NCBI RefSeq assembly: GCF_037042905.1
Contig: NC_087251.1
Span: 22,322,001-22,386,000, forward strand
Origin: Lytechinus pictus
Lineage: Eukaryota
Direction: 5' to 3'
Length of the DNA: 64,000 nucleotides
A program made the translations under genes and the position numbers. The stretch's first letter is position 1. Every line of letters begins with the position of its first letter. The notes beneath the pieces were generated by a model, which was given only the letters and a program-made list of their open reading frames with translations, did no database searches and was not told the DNA's origin. Below, one piece after another: positions 1 to 12,979 of the stretch.

Positions 1-835
1 TAGGAATAATAGGACGATAGTCATCATTTTCATATGACAAAATGTCCTTAAAATGTCCCGGTCCTTTGCTAAAACAAGAACAAAAAATATATCAGCTTGC
101 GCTTCGCACCATTCATTAAGTGTGATCCACATCCACTTCTCAATTTTCTTACACAGTACTTGAAATAGTGTTAAAATTTACCTTTTTTAGATTGTAATAT
201 CAAATATTTTCAGCTCGCGCTTGCATTATTCATGTTATTGATCTTCATGATTAAAAAATGTATTCAGAATGCCCAGATTATAGGTCTAAATCTAAAACTA
301 AAACGCGCGCAAGCATGTTTATTGAGACAGCCTGCATGTTCTTTATCTAAAATATGCTTAAATTATCCAGTTTCAGATCAGAATATCAATAATTGTCTGC
401 TTGCGCTTCACGCTCGCATTATAAATAATACCAAATTAACCACATCCTATATATATTCATGATTTACTTTTAGGTCTAATATCTCAATTTTCTTCCGCTT
501 GCGCTTCGCGCTCGCATCAATTGTTTAGTTACATACCTATCCAATTTATGATTACAAAAAGTGCTTAGAATACCCATTTTTTAGGTTGGAATGTCAAAAG
601 GTTTTAGCTCGCGCTTGGCGCTCCCATTATTGAAATATGTACCCTATTTGTGGGTAGCTGTAAACAGTCCTTAACATGTCTCTTTCCGATCATGCTAGAA
701 CATTTATTAAAAATTTATGCTCACGCTTGGCATTCGCAGTAATTATCTAGTTACATACGCATCTTGTTCAGGGTCACAAACATTGCCCAGAATGTTAAAT
801 TTTCAGGAAAAAATACATGAAAGAAAAAAAAATAG
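1..835. mobile_element. Partial copy related to 11101-15171
   Basis: Colinear similarity with about 11810-12400 and 14700-15010. Confidence 0.7.
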
Positions 836-2331
836 ACAGGGCGTCACTAACGTTAGGCCTTTTCCAGGGGGGGGGGGGGGCTTGAATAGGCGTACCGATA
901 GGCCGAAGAGCTTCTTTTGAACGAAAGTGGGATGAAAAATCCTCATTTTTTTGTCTATTATTGAAATCAAATAAAAAAATGTTTGAAAGTTATACAGGTA
1001 CCACTAATGAGATAATTATGTTCAACTTGTAATGAAAGTGAAATAATCAAAGAAACCAAACACTTTTACAGTCAAATTAATGTTCGTGTTCCATAAAAAA
1101 AATGATGTGTTTTCAAGGCTTTCCATTCTATCATGCAGATCTGATATCTAAAGGTATATCAGGTTAAAATATATTTCAGATGAAAATGGTTAATTGAAAA
1201 CAGATGCACATTTGAAAAGTACAGGTCTCATTTCATGGAATTTAGACTGACAGATAATAAATATATTTGAGAAAATTTCGCCTTGTTGGAAAAGGCATAT
1301 GCATTTTAACCGACGAAAAGAAAAGGGAAAAAATCTATTCACTGTTTCGGGCAAAATTGTCCATGTAAGTGAACTCGTCTCAAAAAGATTATATAGAATA
1401 TATTCTCAATTCCAAACTAGAAGTTACTCCTGTAGGATATAGTACATTTTCTTTGCCTAAGAAAAACTTTTTTCAATATCTCTAACGATTCTTTTAACCA
1501 ATTACCTCCAGGAGTAACTTCCAATTTGAAATTGAGAATAGTTCTATACGGTGGTCACAGCATTGGGGGGGGGGGGCACCAGCAAAAAAATAGAGTCACT
1601 TATTTGGCGCGCGACTCAATTGCCAGGTATACTGACCTAATAGAGACATTTTAAGGACTGTGCCATTAAATGGATATGTATTTCAGAATGCGAGCGCGAA
1701 GCGCGAGCTGAAATTTTTGGATTGACCCCAAGCAGGGTTATTTTAAGGAAATTTCTTTAAGGAATTCATGAAGAGCATGTATATCTCAAGATCTCACCAT
1801 AGTGCTGCTTTTGTTAGAATTACAACGAAACACATGAAGCACTTTTTGAGTTAATTGTAATCACGGCCATGATTTGTATTTCTCTCATCAAATATTGCGA
1901 AATTCAGATCTGAAGAGGGGTGTTCTAAAGCTTGTTTTTAAAAATTCACTTAGACCATAAAATTTTCGAAATTCAGACATGAAGATGGGCATTCTGAGGC
2001 TTGTTTTTAAGAATTCACAAAGACCATGCAGGCGCGAAGAGCGAGCTGAAAATTTTTGATTTTCAGATTAGAAAAAGGGACATTTTAAGCACTGATTTTA
2101 GGAATTCGTGAAAAGCAGGCTTATATCACCAATCCACTAAATGCGAACGTAAGCACGGACAGGAAATCTTTTACATTAAGACCTTAAAATGGGGCAATCA
2201 ATTTAAGTAGTCATGAAAAAGAAGCATATGTCACTACATAAAACAATAGATTTAGATTTTTATTCACTTCCGTTCACAAAGCACAACAAAATCAAAGTAA
2301 CAATACATAGTCAAATTTAAAGTACAATATC

Positions 2332-2672
2332 AATAATAATAATAATAATAGCCAATTTGTATATAGCGCTTTTCCCAGAATGGCTCAAAGCGCGTTACAG
2401 CATATTATTACACCGGTCATTGGATTCATTTCAATCCCGCACGAAAAGTGCACAATTTCCACTCCCTGGGGAGCATTCCTTACATTCATCGCTGCCTCAT
2501 TATGGCGCTGGCAAATTCAAACATACAATATCTTTCGCATCCTACCGGGTACCCATTTAGCACCTGGGTCGAGAGTGGCAAAGTGTGGATTAACGCCTTG
2601 CCAAAGCGGTGGGATTCGAACACATGACCCTCTGTTTACAAGGCGAGAGTCAGAACCACTACACTACGGCTC
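2332..2672 (-). mobile_element. tRNA-derived SINE
   Basis: B box GTTCGAATCCC and A-box-like TAGTGGTT on the minus strand; (TTA)n tail; related to 12430-12738. Confidence 0.8.
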
Positions 2673-2674
2673 TT

Positions 2675-3261
2675 CCAGAAAAAACGAAACCGAGATTAGG
2701 CGATGATTTATCATAACTTAATCACAAATACAATAGACAAATGACCTACCATTGTAAAGCTTAGAATCTCCTCTTTCATCTGAAATTACTTAGATTATTT
2801 TTCATTCACGCATGAGTGAGCAAAAACAATTTGAAGAGGGGATACCAAAAAGTCATTTGGCGGGCTGTATCTGGGTTTCAAAAGGAAAACCACATTTTTA
2901 TAAAGTTCAATATCTGCTCTTTAATTTGATACCTCAATTACAGAAAATGGTCAAACATAACCTTTTTACTTCTTGACCATTTTTTGTGATTAAGGTATCA
3001 AATAAAAGAGCAGATATTGAACTTTTTAGGCATGTGATTTTCTTTTTGAAATTCAGATACCCCCCGCCAAATGAGTTTTTGGTATCCTTTCTTCAAATTG
3101 TTTTTGCTCACTCATGCGTGAATGAGGAATAATCTAAGTAATATCAGATGGAAGAGGATATTCTAAGCTTTACATTGGTAGGTAATTTGTTTATTGTATT
3201 TGTGATTAAGTTATGATAAATCATCGCCTAATTTCGGTTTCGTTTTTTCTGGGACGCACTG
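2675..3261. mobile_element. Tc1/mariner-type long-TIR MITE, internally deleted
   Basis: Foldback structure ending GGGACGCACTG|TA; same family as 42554-43358. Confidence 0.85.
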
Positions 3262-3380
3262 TATATCTCGTTAAACAGACAATGCGAGCACCAGGAACAA
3301 TGAAGACATAGGCCCTGAGCAAATTGTGTTTCATAAAGTTATGAAAAAATGTTTCTTATGTAATATAACATAACATAATT

Positions 3381-3533
3381 CAGGGGCCGCGGAACGGTTT
3401 TCAAAGTGGGGGGGGGGGGGGGGCTGACCATGCTAAAAATCACAATCATATGGTCATTTTTACATTTTTGTACACGGTTTTGGAAAAAAGTGGGGGGGGG
3501 GGGGGCTGAAGCCCCCCCGGTTTCGCGGCCCTG
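3381..3533. mobile_element. Small MITE with 5-bp TSD
   Basis: CAGGGGCCGCGGAAC / GTTTCGCGGCCCTG; TSD TAATT. Confidence 0.75.
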
Positions 3534-4183
3534 TAATTATCATTATAATTTATGAAAAATAATTTCTTCTTTCCCGCTACGTTTTTTTCCTCTCTCCCTC
3601 TTCTCCTTTTCCTCGTTTTTTGCCAGCCGATGGGGGGGGGGGGGGGGGGGGTGGGGGGTGGGCACGTGCCCCCCCCCCCGTATAGTTACGCCACTGAACC
3701 TAGACCATGTTGGGGGAGTCAATATCGAAATCTTAACCTAAGCTTAAGTTTTTGAAATGTCATCATAACTTAAAAAGTATATGGACCTAGTTCATGAAAC
3801 TTGGCCATAAGGGCAATCAAATATTACTTTACATCCTGCCTGAGTTTCAATTCACATGACCAAGGTCAAAGGTCATTTAGGGTCAATGAACATTGGCCAA
3901 GTTGGGCGTTTTTGTTGAACTACCATAATAACTGAATGTTTATGGATCTGATTCATTAAACTTGGTCATAAGCGTAATCAACTATCACTGAACATCCTGT
4001 GCGAGTTTCCGGTCACATGACGAAGGTTAAAGTTCATTAAGGTCTATTGCAGCCATTCTCAATTAATTTTGTTGAAGCGCCAAATTTCTTGTTGAGAATC
4101 TGGACTGCTCCACTATCAAACACGCGAAGAGCGAAATATTGTGGTATGGGGGGGGGGGATGCAGGACCACCTGAAGAGCTTAA

Positions 4184-4780
4184 AGGTCAAGTATTCCAGC
4201 AAAATGTTGATTTGAATAAATAGAGAAAAATCAAACTAGCAAAACGCTGAAAATTTAATAAAAATCGGATGTAAAATAAGAAAGTTATAACATTTTAAAG
4301 TTTTTCTTATTTTTCACAAAACAGTGATATGCACAACTCAAAATGAGACATTCGATGATGTCCCTCACTCACTATTTCTTTTTTTTTATTGTTTGAATTA
4401 TACAATATTTCATTTTTTATAGATTTGACAATAAGGACCGGCTTGACTGAGTCATATAGTATGAAACAATGCTCATTCCACATGTTTAGGGAGGAATTAA
4501 TCGTTGTCTCGCTTGACAATGAGGAGAAAATTAGAATATTCCCTATTTCATATAATAAGATACAAAAGAAATAGTGAGTAGATGACGTTATCAGTCTCCT
4601 CATTTGCATACCCACCAGGATGTGCATAAAAATTATAACTGTTTTCTGAAATTAAGCAAAACTTTAAAATGTCATAAGTTTCTTGTTTTACATCCGATTT
4701 TGATGAAATTTTCAGTGTTATGCTTGTTGGATTTTTCTCTTTTTATTCACATCAAATTTTTGTTGGGGTGGACGTGTCCT
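4184..4780. mobile_element. Kolobok-like MITE
   Basis: TTAA|AGG...CCT|TTAA with long imperfect TIRs. Confidence 0.82.
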
Positions 4781-4959
4781 TTAAGTAAAAAGCCTTTTAA
4801 ATGGCCGAGAGGGGTTCTCAATCAACAGAAGATATAAAAATACCAATTACACAATTTATTTTAAAAAAAATTGATAAGTGACTTGCTCAAATTAGTGTTA
4901 ATTATTATGTTTCTGTATTAAACGTTGTTCTTGATGAGGGTCGTGTTTTAAAAGCAAAC

Positions 4960-5205
4960 CGGGTATGTTGATTAGTGGTAGAGCGTCAGCCTCATGAACG
5001 GGAGGCCGTGGGTTCGATCCCCAACAGAGTCATACAAAAAATATATAGGAATGGAACCTTCTGCCTTCTTGCTTGGCGCTCAGCATTTAGATTGGAGAAG
5101 GGTAGTAATAACATATGATAGAAATGCAGGGCCCGCTGCATTTCCCTAACCGAAATGGCTACCCTGAGTAAATAAAACGTAATTATGATTATCATTGTTA
5201 TTATT
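4960..5205 (+). mobile_element. tRNA-derived SINE (different family)
   Basis: A box TAGTGGTAGAGC, B box GGTTCGATCCC, no acceptor stem, (ATT)-like tail. Confidence 0.75.
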
Positions 5206-5905
5206 AAAAGCACTGTTCACATATTATGTACATAGTCTTTGTACCAATCGTAAATGAATACATTAAATAGATCCTCCTTAATAGGGGTTATCGAATGCTA
5301 GATTACACAAAATCAGAGGAAATCAAATAGCAATTATATTTCAAAAAAGAGCGAGTGAGTTTTTATTTTACCTTTGTAATTAAATGATCAAACCTCAATT
5401 CCAGATTAATAGTAGATCAACCTTTTATTTTCTAATGCTTTTTCTTTTTCTATACCGGCTCCCACGCGCCACTCCGGAAGGCTCGGTGCGCCACAAGTGG
5501 CGCGCGCGCCACCATTTGAGAATCCCTGGTCTATTGACTTTGGCCATGTTGGAGGTAATTATTAAATTGCTGTCAAAACTTTCAAAGTTTATGGATACAG
5601 TTTATGAATTGTGGACATAAGGGTAATCAAGTATAACTGACAAGTCTTAGGTCACATGATCAAGGTCAAATGTCATTCGGCCGGGTCAATGAACGAAGTA
5701 TTGTATCATTATGAATGGTGTTTTTTGATGAATAATTATTTTATAGTCATTGTCACTGCTGCTATATTGAACCGCGTAATGCAGGTGAGACTACCAGAGT
5801 CGATCCACTTGTTTGTAAACTGCTCTTTGTAAATGTCACTGGAAGAATCAATAAGAGAATGCTTTGAAACAACAACAAACTAAATAACAAGTCATGTATG
5901 TCAAT

Positions 5906-7947
5906 GAAAGGTAGGAATATTGGTCACAATATTCGCTTGATTCTTGACATAATTGAATACACTGACATGAAAGATATTCCTGGGTCTATAGTAATGTTAG
6001 ATATTGAGAAAGCATTTGATAGTGTATCTCACAACTTTTTATTTCTTACATTGGAAAAGTTTAATTTCAGCAATTTTTTTATTGAGGCAGTTAAAACTTT
6101 ATATGCATCTCGCAATGCCTATGTTTTGAACAATGGTTTTCTAACTGAACGTGTCCCTATGGAACGAGGTATTTTTCAAGGTTGTCCGATTTCTCCATAT
6201 TTGTTTTTACTTGTGATAGAGATAATGGCAATATCAGTCCGACAAAACAATGCTATTAGAGGTATCCCACTTGAAAATGAAGATGTTAAAATATCTCTCT
6301 TTGCTGATGATTCTGTATGTTTTTTAAATGGTTCTGATGATTCTTTTTTGAGCTTTTTGAAACCTTGCAGAAATTTTTGTCGTTTTTCTGGTTGCAAAAT
6401 TAATTTTAGCAAAACTGAAGCAATATGGATAGGTTCTAAGAAGGGTAATCAACACTTCCCTTACATAAACCGTGGTGTTTCTTGGAAGGCTTCAAAATTT
6501 AAATGTTTAGGGGTAGTTTTATCTCAATTTATGAGTTAAATTATAAAGAGAAACTAAAAAGAATGGAGCAAACTTTAAACTGCTGGCGAACTAGAAATCT
6601 TTCTCTAATTGGTAGAATCTGTGTTGTCAAAACTCTTATTTTGCCACAGTTAATCTATCTTTTTTCTGTTCTTTCTGTTAAATTACCCAGAGCCTTCTTA
6701 AAAGAATTAAATAAATTATTTTTTAAATTTATTTGGAATGGAGGCAAGGATAGAGTTCAACGTAAGATAATGTGTAATCATTATACTCAGGCTGGACTTA
6801 GAATGATTGACCCTTTTTCTTTTGCATGTGCTCAAAAAATGGTATGGGTAAAACACTTATTGGATGAGAATTTTGATGCTCCATGGAAAAAGATTGAAGT
6901 AGCCTTTTTAGAAAAATTTAATCATAATATTCAAATTTTGTGGAAAACTCATGCTCCTGAGAGCATTTTAAACAGTCTTGGTAATATACAATTATCTGAA
7001 GCATTGAGAATGTGGTATTTATTTAGGGAGGAAGCTGCTGTCGAATTTTATGGTAACAAATTTTCAGACTTGAGTGGTTGTCAACTTCTGTGGTATAACA
7101 AATTCATTCGTTCAAAAACTAAACAGTATCTTGATTATCCAATGTGGCATGAGAGAAATGTCTTAATGATGTCAGACTTATTTAATCCCCCTCTTTTAGG
7201 TCACAAACTCTTTGAAGAGCTTGTGTTAGATTTTGGAATCCCCCGAACAGACAGAAGGAAATATAATTTTTTAATTAAGTGCATCCCGGAAGAATGGTTG
7301 GTGAGTTTTGACCCTGATATTATAGGTGTTCATGAAACAATTGTACATAAATTGTTGAGTTATAAAAAAGTCCCTAGAAATTCATACATTTTATTTAGGG
7401 GATCACACACACCTGACAAACGATACTCTTATTGGGATGAACATTTACCAATACCAGTATCTATCGATTGGGAAAAGGTACACCACACAATTTTTTTTGT
7501 ACCATTGATACTAAATTAAGATCATTCTATTTAAAGATTTTTCATAAAGCCATAGCATTAAATTATTTTTTATATAAGATTAAATCTAAGGACTCACCCA
7601 ATTATGTTTTCTGTGATAAAAGTGAGGAAACAATAGTCCACCTGTTTTGCGAATGTGAAAGGGTAATTCCTATTTGGCAATCCCTTTTAACGAAAATTTC
7701 CCAAAATAATGTTCAAATAAATGGTTCTAATTTTGAAAAAATGTTTGGACTCCCAGCTGATAAGTTCATTTCATACCTTTTCTTACTTTTGAAGTATTAT
7801 ATTCATACATGTAAATTTAAGAATAATCCTCCAAGTTATGCTCTTTTTAAGACATTTGTTAAAAAACAGCAGGACTTGGAATATTTGATAGCTAAGAAGA
7901 AAAAAAAGTTGCCCGCTCACTTTGAGAAGTGGCGATTCACCTTATAA
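5906..7947 (+). pseudogene. L1 ORF2 C-terminal part (RT and zinc finger), two frameshifts
   Basis: ORFs 5898-6539, 6503-7519 and 7468-7947 are colinear with ORF2 of the second L1. Confidence 0.92.
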
Positions 7948-8480
7948 TTTGGTTTTCAAAAATGTCAACAGGTTACATAAGGATAACTAATAATGTATAT
8001 TTTGTATAACAGGCTTAGTGCCCCATTAAAAAAAAATAATACTGCACTGTATTGGTTATATGGTTGTAGACATCAGTTCCCATTTCATGCAACTTGTATC
8101 TCAGTTTCCTTGATATACTTGTTCGTTTAAAAACCTCCATATTATGTCGTCTTGGATAACCAGTTGTGTTTTTTAATCCTATCAATAGTTGTTGGGAAAC
8201 CATTTCATAATCATAGCTTGTATATTTTGTTTTGTCTACTTTATTTACCAAATCACCTATCTTTGTTTAGATAACACTGATATTAAGTTATCACTTTGCC
8301 ACATTCCTTTTTTTTGGGGGGGGGGTGGGGGAGGATAAGTGGGTAGGTTTTTTTTATCATGGTTATTTTGTCTTTTTTGTGTAACTAACTTGTGTTTATG
8401 TGATTTGCAATTACCTAATAATCATTTGTAAATTTTGTGATTTATTTCAATTTATAATAAAAACAGAAATATAATAAAAA
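5906..8480 (+). mobile_element. 5'-truncated L1/Tx1-clade non-LTR retrotransposon
   Basis: 17-bp TSD AAGTCATGTATGTCAAT (5889-5905, 8481-8497), A-rich tail with AATAAA, RT motifs (LDIEKAFD, QGCPISP, FADD) and C-terminal CxxC..H...C finger. Confidence 0.95.
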
Positions 8481-11400
8481 AAGTCATGTATGTCAATAAG
8501 TATTGCGAGCGCGAAGCTGACGCTAAATATTTTGAGATCAAAACGGGAAATACTATGTACTTTTTATTATCATAATAATGAAGAATATCAATGAATTAAC
8601 CAAGCGCGAGCTGAAAATCTTTGATATTCCGACTCGAAAACTTGAAATTTTAATACGTTTAAAAAAAAGACGACCCGAGGTGCGTGGCTGAGAGCATGTC
8701 TATAAGGCGCATGATCAGGCCCCGCCGCTAAAGGGCGCGGGGGGGGGGGTGAGCAGGGGCGTCGAAAGGTCTTTCCAGTAAGGGGGGGGGGGGTGGAGGC
8801 CCTTGATTAGGCCACCGATAGACCGACAGAAAATAAGTCTAGTTTGGTCTGGATATGCTCTGCTGAGACTTCGTCTGGCTTTGAGGCATCCCCTCCCGAC
8901 TGTTGAGAACTGAGAAAAATAGGGTAATGTTGAAAAAAAAAAAAAAAAAAATCCCCATAGCAGTGGATTTTTCAGTCTATCCTATAGGCTACAGAAAGAT
9001 ATCGGTACCGATTGCCGACCTTCGACGACCATCTCCTCGGTCATATTTTCTTTCGTGGCTGATATGCGTATAATATACAGAGGATAATAAGGGTGTTGGG
9101 ACGGATCTGAGTATTTATGAATTTGGTGGAGAAAATGTTGTTATGTTTCTCTTTAAAAACAAAGACAAATCAAACACTCCAATCAATCAGACTAGGTAAA
9201 AAGGAAAAAACTTAACAACAAGCACGGCGACTCAACATCCCAACTTTTTAGCTACATGAACATTCAAGAAAAATAAGCACTTGTAAACAAAATAATTACG
9301 GTTCGATGACTTCAATTTATGATTAAAATGATTCAAATGCTTTCTTTGACAAATTTACAGAGTGTTTACAATTCAAAGAAATGCCTGTATGATTTATCCA
9401 ATAAATTAGAGACAGTAAATAAAGTTATGTCGAATATTCAAAGAAATAGGAGCCAATCAGTTTATAACAGAGTAATAAAATAGGATATCAACTTCAAGAT
9501 TCTGTGAAGACTAGCAGCTAGGCAAAAGCGTTGAGAAGTTGACTTGTCTGCAAAAGTTCGATCTACTTGGCGAATTGAGTTGTTCGACCTGAACTTGGAA
9601 TGATGAAATAGGCCTGATGCCGTGTACATCGAAGAGTGGAAAACTCGTCGTCTAGATGAATCATCGATATCAGGACAAAAACTCGTCAATGGTGAGGGTC
9701 TCAGTTGTGCCCGATAAATATCAGGAAAATGAGGTAAGTAAAAAGTCAGCTAAAACAGGAATCCATTTCTCCTCTACAAAAAGAAGAGCCCAGACAGCAT
9801 CGGTGAGGTACGCTGTTGGGAGCTAAGCCGACGATCTCGGGGAGATATTGGTTAAAATCCCGATAAAAAAAGATGCAACCAAAATTAAACACAGACGACT
9901 CTGCTGAAGTATCAGCAACCGTTTTTTTTAAGAGTCCCGTATCGAAACCGCCCTTACAGGGCGAGATCTAATTGGTCATTTTGCGTAACCAAGAAAAACA
10001 TTATGTACATAATTATTACTACTCAGTCCGTGTCTCTTAGGGTTCAACACGTATTGGAAATGCTTTCTTTTGAAATTCATCTGCTGTTCGGGAAATACTG
10101 TCTTTAATAATAACAGGTGGACATTTCTTTGCGTCCAACTAAAAAAAAAAATTGCTTTTGATTCTTTGTTTTTACAGTATCACAAACGTATTTCAGGCTT
10201 CTTTGATATCCTAAAATAAACTCAGAAATTGTCACTACAAGGGTAACTTATCAATAATTTAAATACTTTTGATGATAATCAAAAAAGAAATTAAACAGTC
10301 CAGATTTTGTTAAATGAAACTCATTTTCTCACAGGTGAGTTTAGAATTAAAACAAAATGGGATCATGATTATCAGGGCTAAGGGTGATTTATCAAATGAT
10401 TATAGGCCATCAAAGGCCACAGTACAACTTCCAAAAACGTTGAAATATCACAATAATGCATATTTAAAGGAAATATTATATTGGGAGATAATGCAACATT
10501 AAAAATTTTGAGCAAAATTCATGTTAGAAATATTTGTTAGATTGTTATAGAATCAATTTGATTTACAGTCTCCTAAAAACGGATGAAATTGTAATGTGTG
10601 TGGGAAATATTGCTGCCCTAATTTACTTCCGTGTTTCGAAAACGGCATTAATTTGGTCAATGTCATATCAGTAATTCAGTATCAACTTGAAGTAGGCCTA
10701 CCTATATTTTTAAGTACGAATTATCCCCCGTTCCCACAAACTGATGCTAGGATAATTACGTCGTCCAACATCCCTGCGCTTGCGTAGGGTACCTCAGAAT
10801 CTCACCTACCCCGTCCCCTACTCTGTCTTTTCCCACTCCCTTTCATTTTCGTTTTCTTTTTCTTTTGTTTTCCTCCTTCTCTTTGGCCCTTTCTCCCCTT
10901 TTGTCCTTTCTTTTTGCTCCCATTTTATTTTTTTTTTCATTTTTCTTTTGCGTTTTTTTCCTTTCCCCTTAATTCCTTCCCACTCTTCTTCGATACGGAG
11001 ACACTCTCTACACCGCATCGATTCCTTTTTGAAAATGTAATTAAAATCACAATGGATGGTGGACTGGGACAGCAGATCATCCAAAGATTTGCACCGGACA
11101 CATAAGCGGATCCAGGGTGGCCGAGGGGCCCGGACCCCCCTATTGGCGAAGCAAAAAATGGAGAAAAATGAAAAAAAAGAGGGAAAAGAGAGGAGAAAAA
11201 AAGAAGAGGAGGAAGACGAGTGAATAAAATAAGATGAGGGGAAGACTTGGAAAATACAAAGAATATTTTATGTCACTATATAAAATTTTGCTCGCGCTTC
11301 ACGCTCACATTGCCTGTTAGGTGGTCTTAATATATGGAGCTTAAATATCAATTTTGGAAGTCAATAATACAAAACATGTTTCACCTCGGAAATCGAACTT

Positions 11401-12429
11401 TCATTATTTCGTGTGATTTACAAATTGATTTTTAAAAAGTGTTCTGTAAAAATGTCTAATGGTTTGAATATTAACATTTTCTGCTCGCGCTGCGCGCTCG
11501 CAAATTTTGATTGCAGGTGCCTATCGTGTATTCCATAAAGCTTCAAAACATCCCTTTTCAGGTCTGATTGTCAAAACGTATCAGCTAGCGCTGCACACTC
11601 GAATTTTGATTGGCTTTTAGGTATAAATCTTGATTTTTTCCGCTCGCGCTTCGCGCTCGCATGAATTGTTTATTATAAAGCTGTTTTTGAAATGTACAGT
11701 TTTCAGGCCATAATATCATCAGATTTCGCGCCCTCATTAGGCATTAATGAATAAGATATTAATTTAAAATTCAAATTGTCCCTTTTGTTTCATCTCGCGC
11801 TCAGCAAGAGGAATTAATAGAAAGATAGTCATCATTTTCATATCTGATGACATATATATCCTAAGGATGTCAAAATTTAAAGTAATAATAATGAAAAATA
11901 TCAGCTCTTAAGTGCAGTTCATATCCACCTCACAATTTTCCTACAAAGTGTTTGAAATATAGAGCAGAAATTGACTCTTTTTTTCAGATCGGAATATCAA
12001 ATAGTTTAAGCTCGCGCTTCGCGCTCGCTTTGATTTTCATGATAAAGGCTGTATTTAGAAGGCCTATAAATCAAATATGAAACACGCACGCGCATGTTTA
12101 TTCAGATTCTCAGCTTGTTCTCTATTTAAATCATTTGCCAGTTTCAGATCACAATATCATTTTCTTTTCTGCTCGCCCTTTGTGCTTGCATTATTAAGGA
12201 GGAAGATCCCTTATTACTCATTCTTTTCATGATTTACAAAACATGAATTTGTAGGTCTAAATCTCAATTTTTGTGTCAGCTCGTGCGTTGCGCTCGCATA
12301 AATTGTTTAGTTATATAGCTATCCTGTTCACGATTACAAAAATTGATTAAAATTTTCCATTCTCTTTGTAGAAATGTCAAAAATTTTCAGCTCGCGCTTC
12401 GCGCTCGCATAATTTGATTGTTGAAATAT

Positions 12430-12738
12430 AATAATAATAATATACAGTTTTTGTATAGCGCATATCACATTATTAATAATGTCTCTATATATGTGCTTCC
12501 AAAGGACTTGGATATTATTACCCCAGCTGTAGCTTGGCAGCCGTAATTACTAAGATTACAGCGCACACGCATTTCAAGGAATAAATTCTTGCCAGGTACC
12601 CATTCACATCACCTGGGTTGATTGCAGCACAATGTGGAAGAATTTCTTGCTGAAGGAAATTACGCCATGGCTGGGATTCGAACCCACGACCCTCTGTTTC
12701 AAAGTCAGGAGACTAATCCACTGGGCTACAACGCTCCA
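12430..12738 (-). mobile_element. tRNA-derived SINE
   Basis: Minus-strand GGTTCGAATCCC; shared GGTACCCATT..CACCTGGGT core; (TTA)n tail. Confidence 0.8.
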
Positions 12739-12979
12739 CATGTGCAAATATGCAACGTCTTCATGGCTAAGTGCAAGCAGCCCTTAACCTTTTCGATCAG
12801 TTCAAAACGTATATAAAAACTTTCTGCTCGCGCTTTGCGCCGCGCATTATTAATGTAAGGAAGATCCCCAATTATTACTCATGCTTTTCATGATTTATAA
12901 AACATGAATAGTGTCTTTCAGTAGGTCTAAATCTCGAAAGTTTCCGCTCGCGCTTCGCACTCGCATCAATTATTGTTTA

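Larger units (their letters stand above)
1551..3696 (+). mobile_element. Third copy of the same hAT family, left TIR lost, interrupted by a SINE and MITEs
   Basis: Colinear with 13088-14280; right end TAGTTACGCCACTG. Confidence 0.8.

Noticed and set aside
4960..5030. Functional tRNA gene
   Set aside because: No acceptor stem, and it continues into a SINE body.
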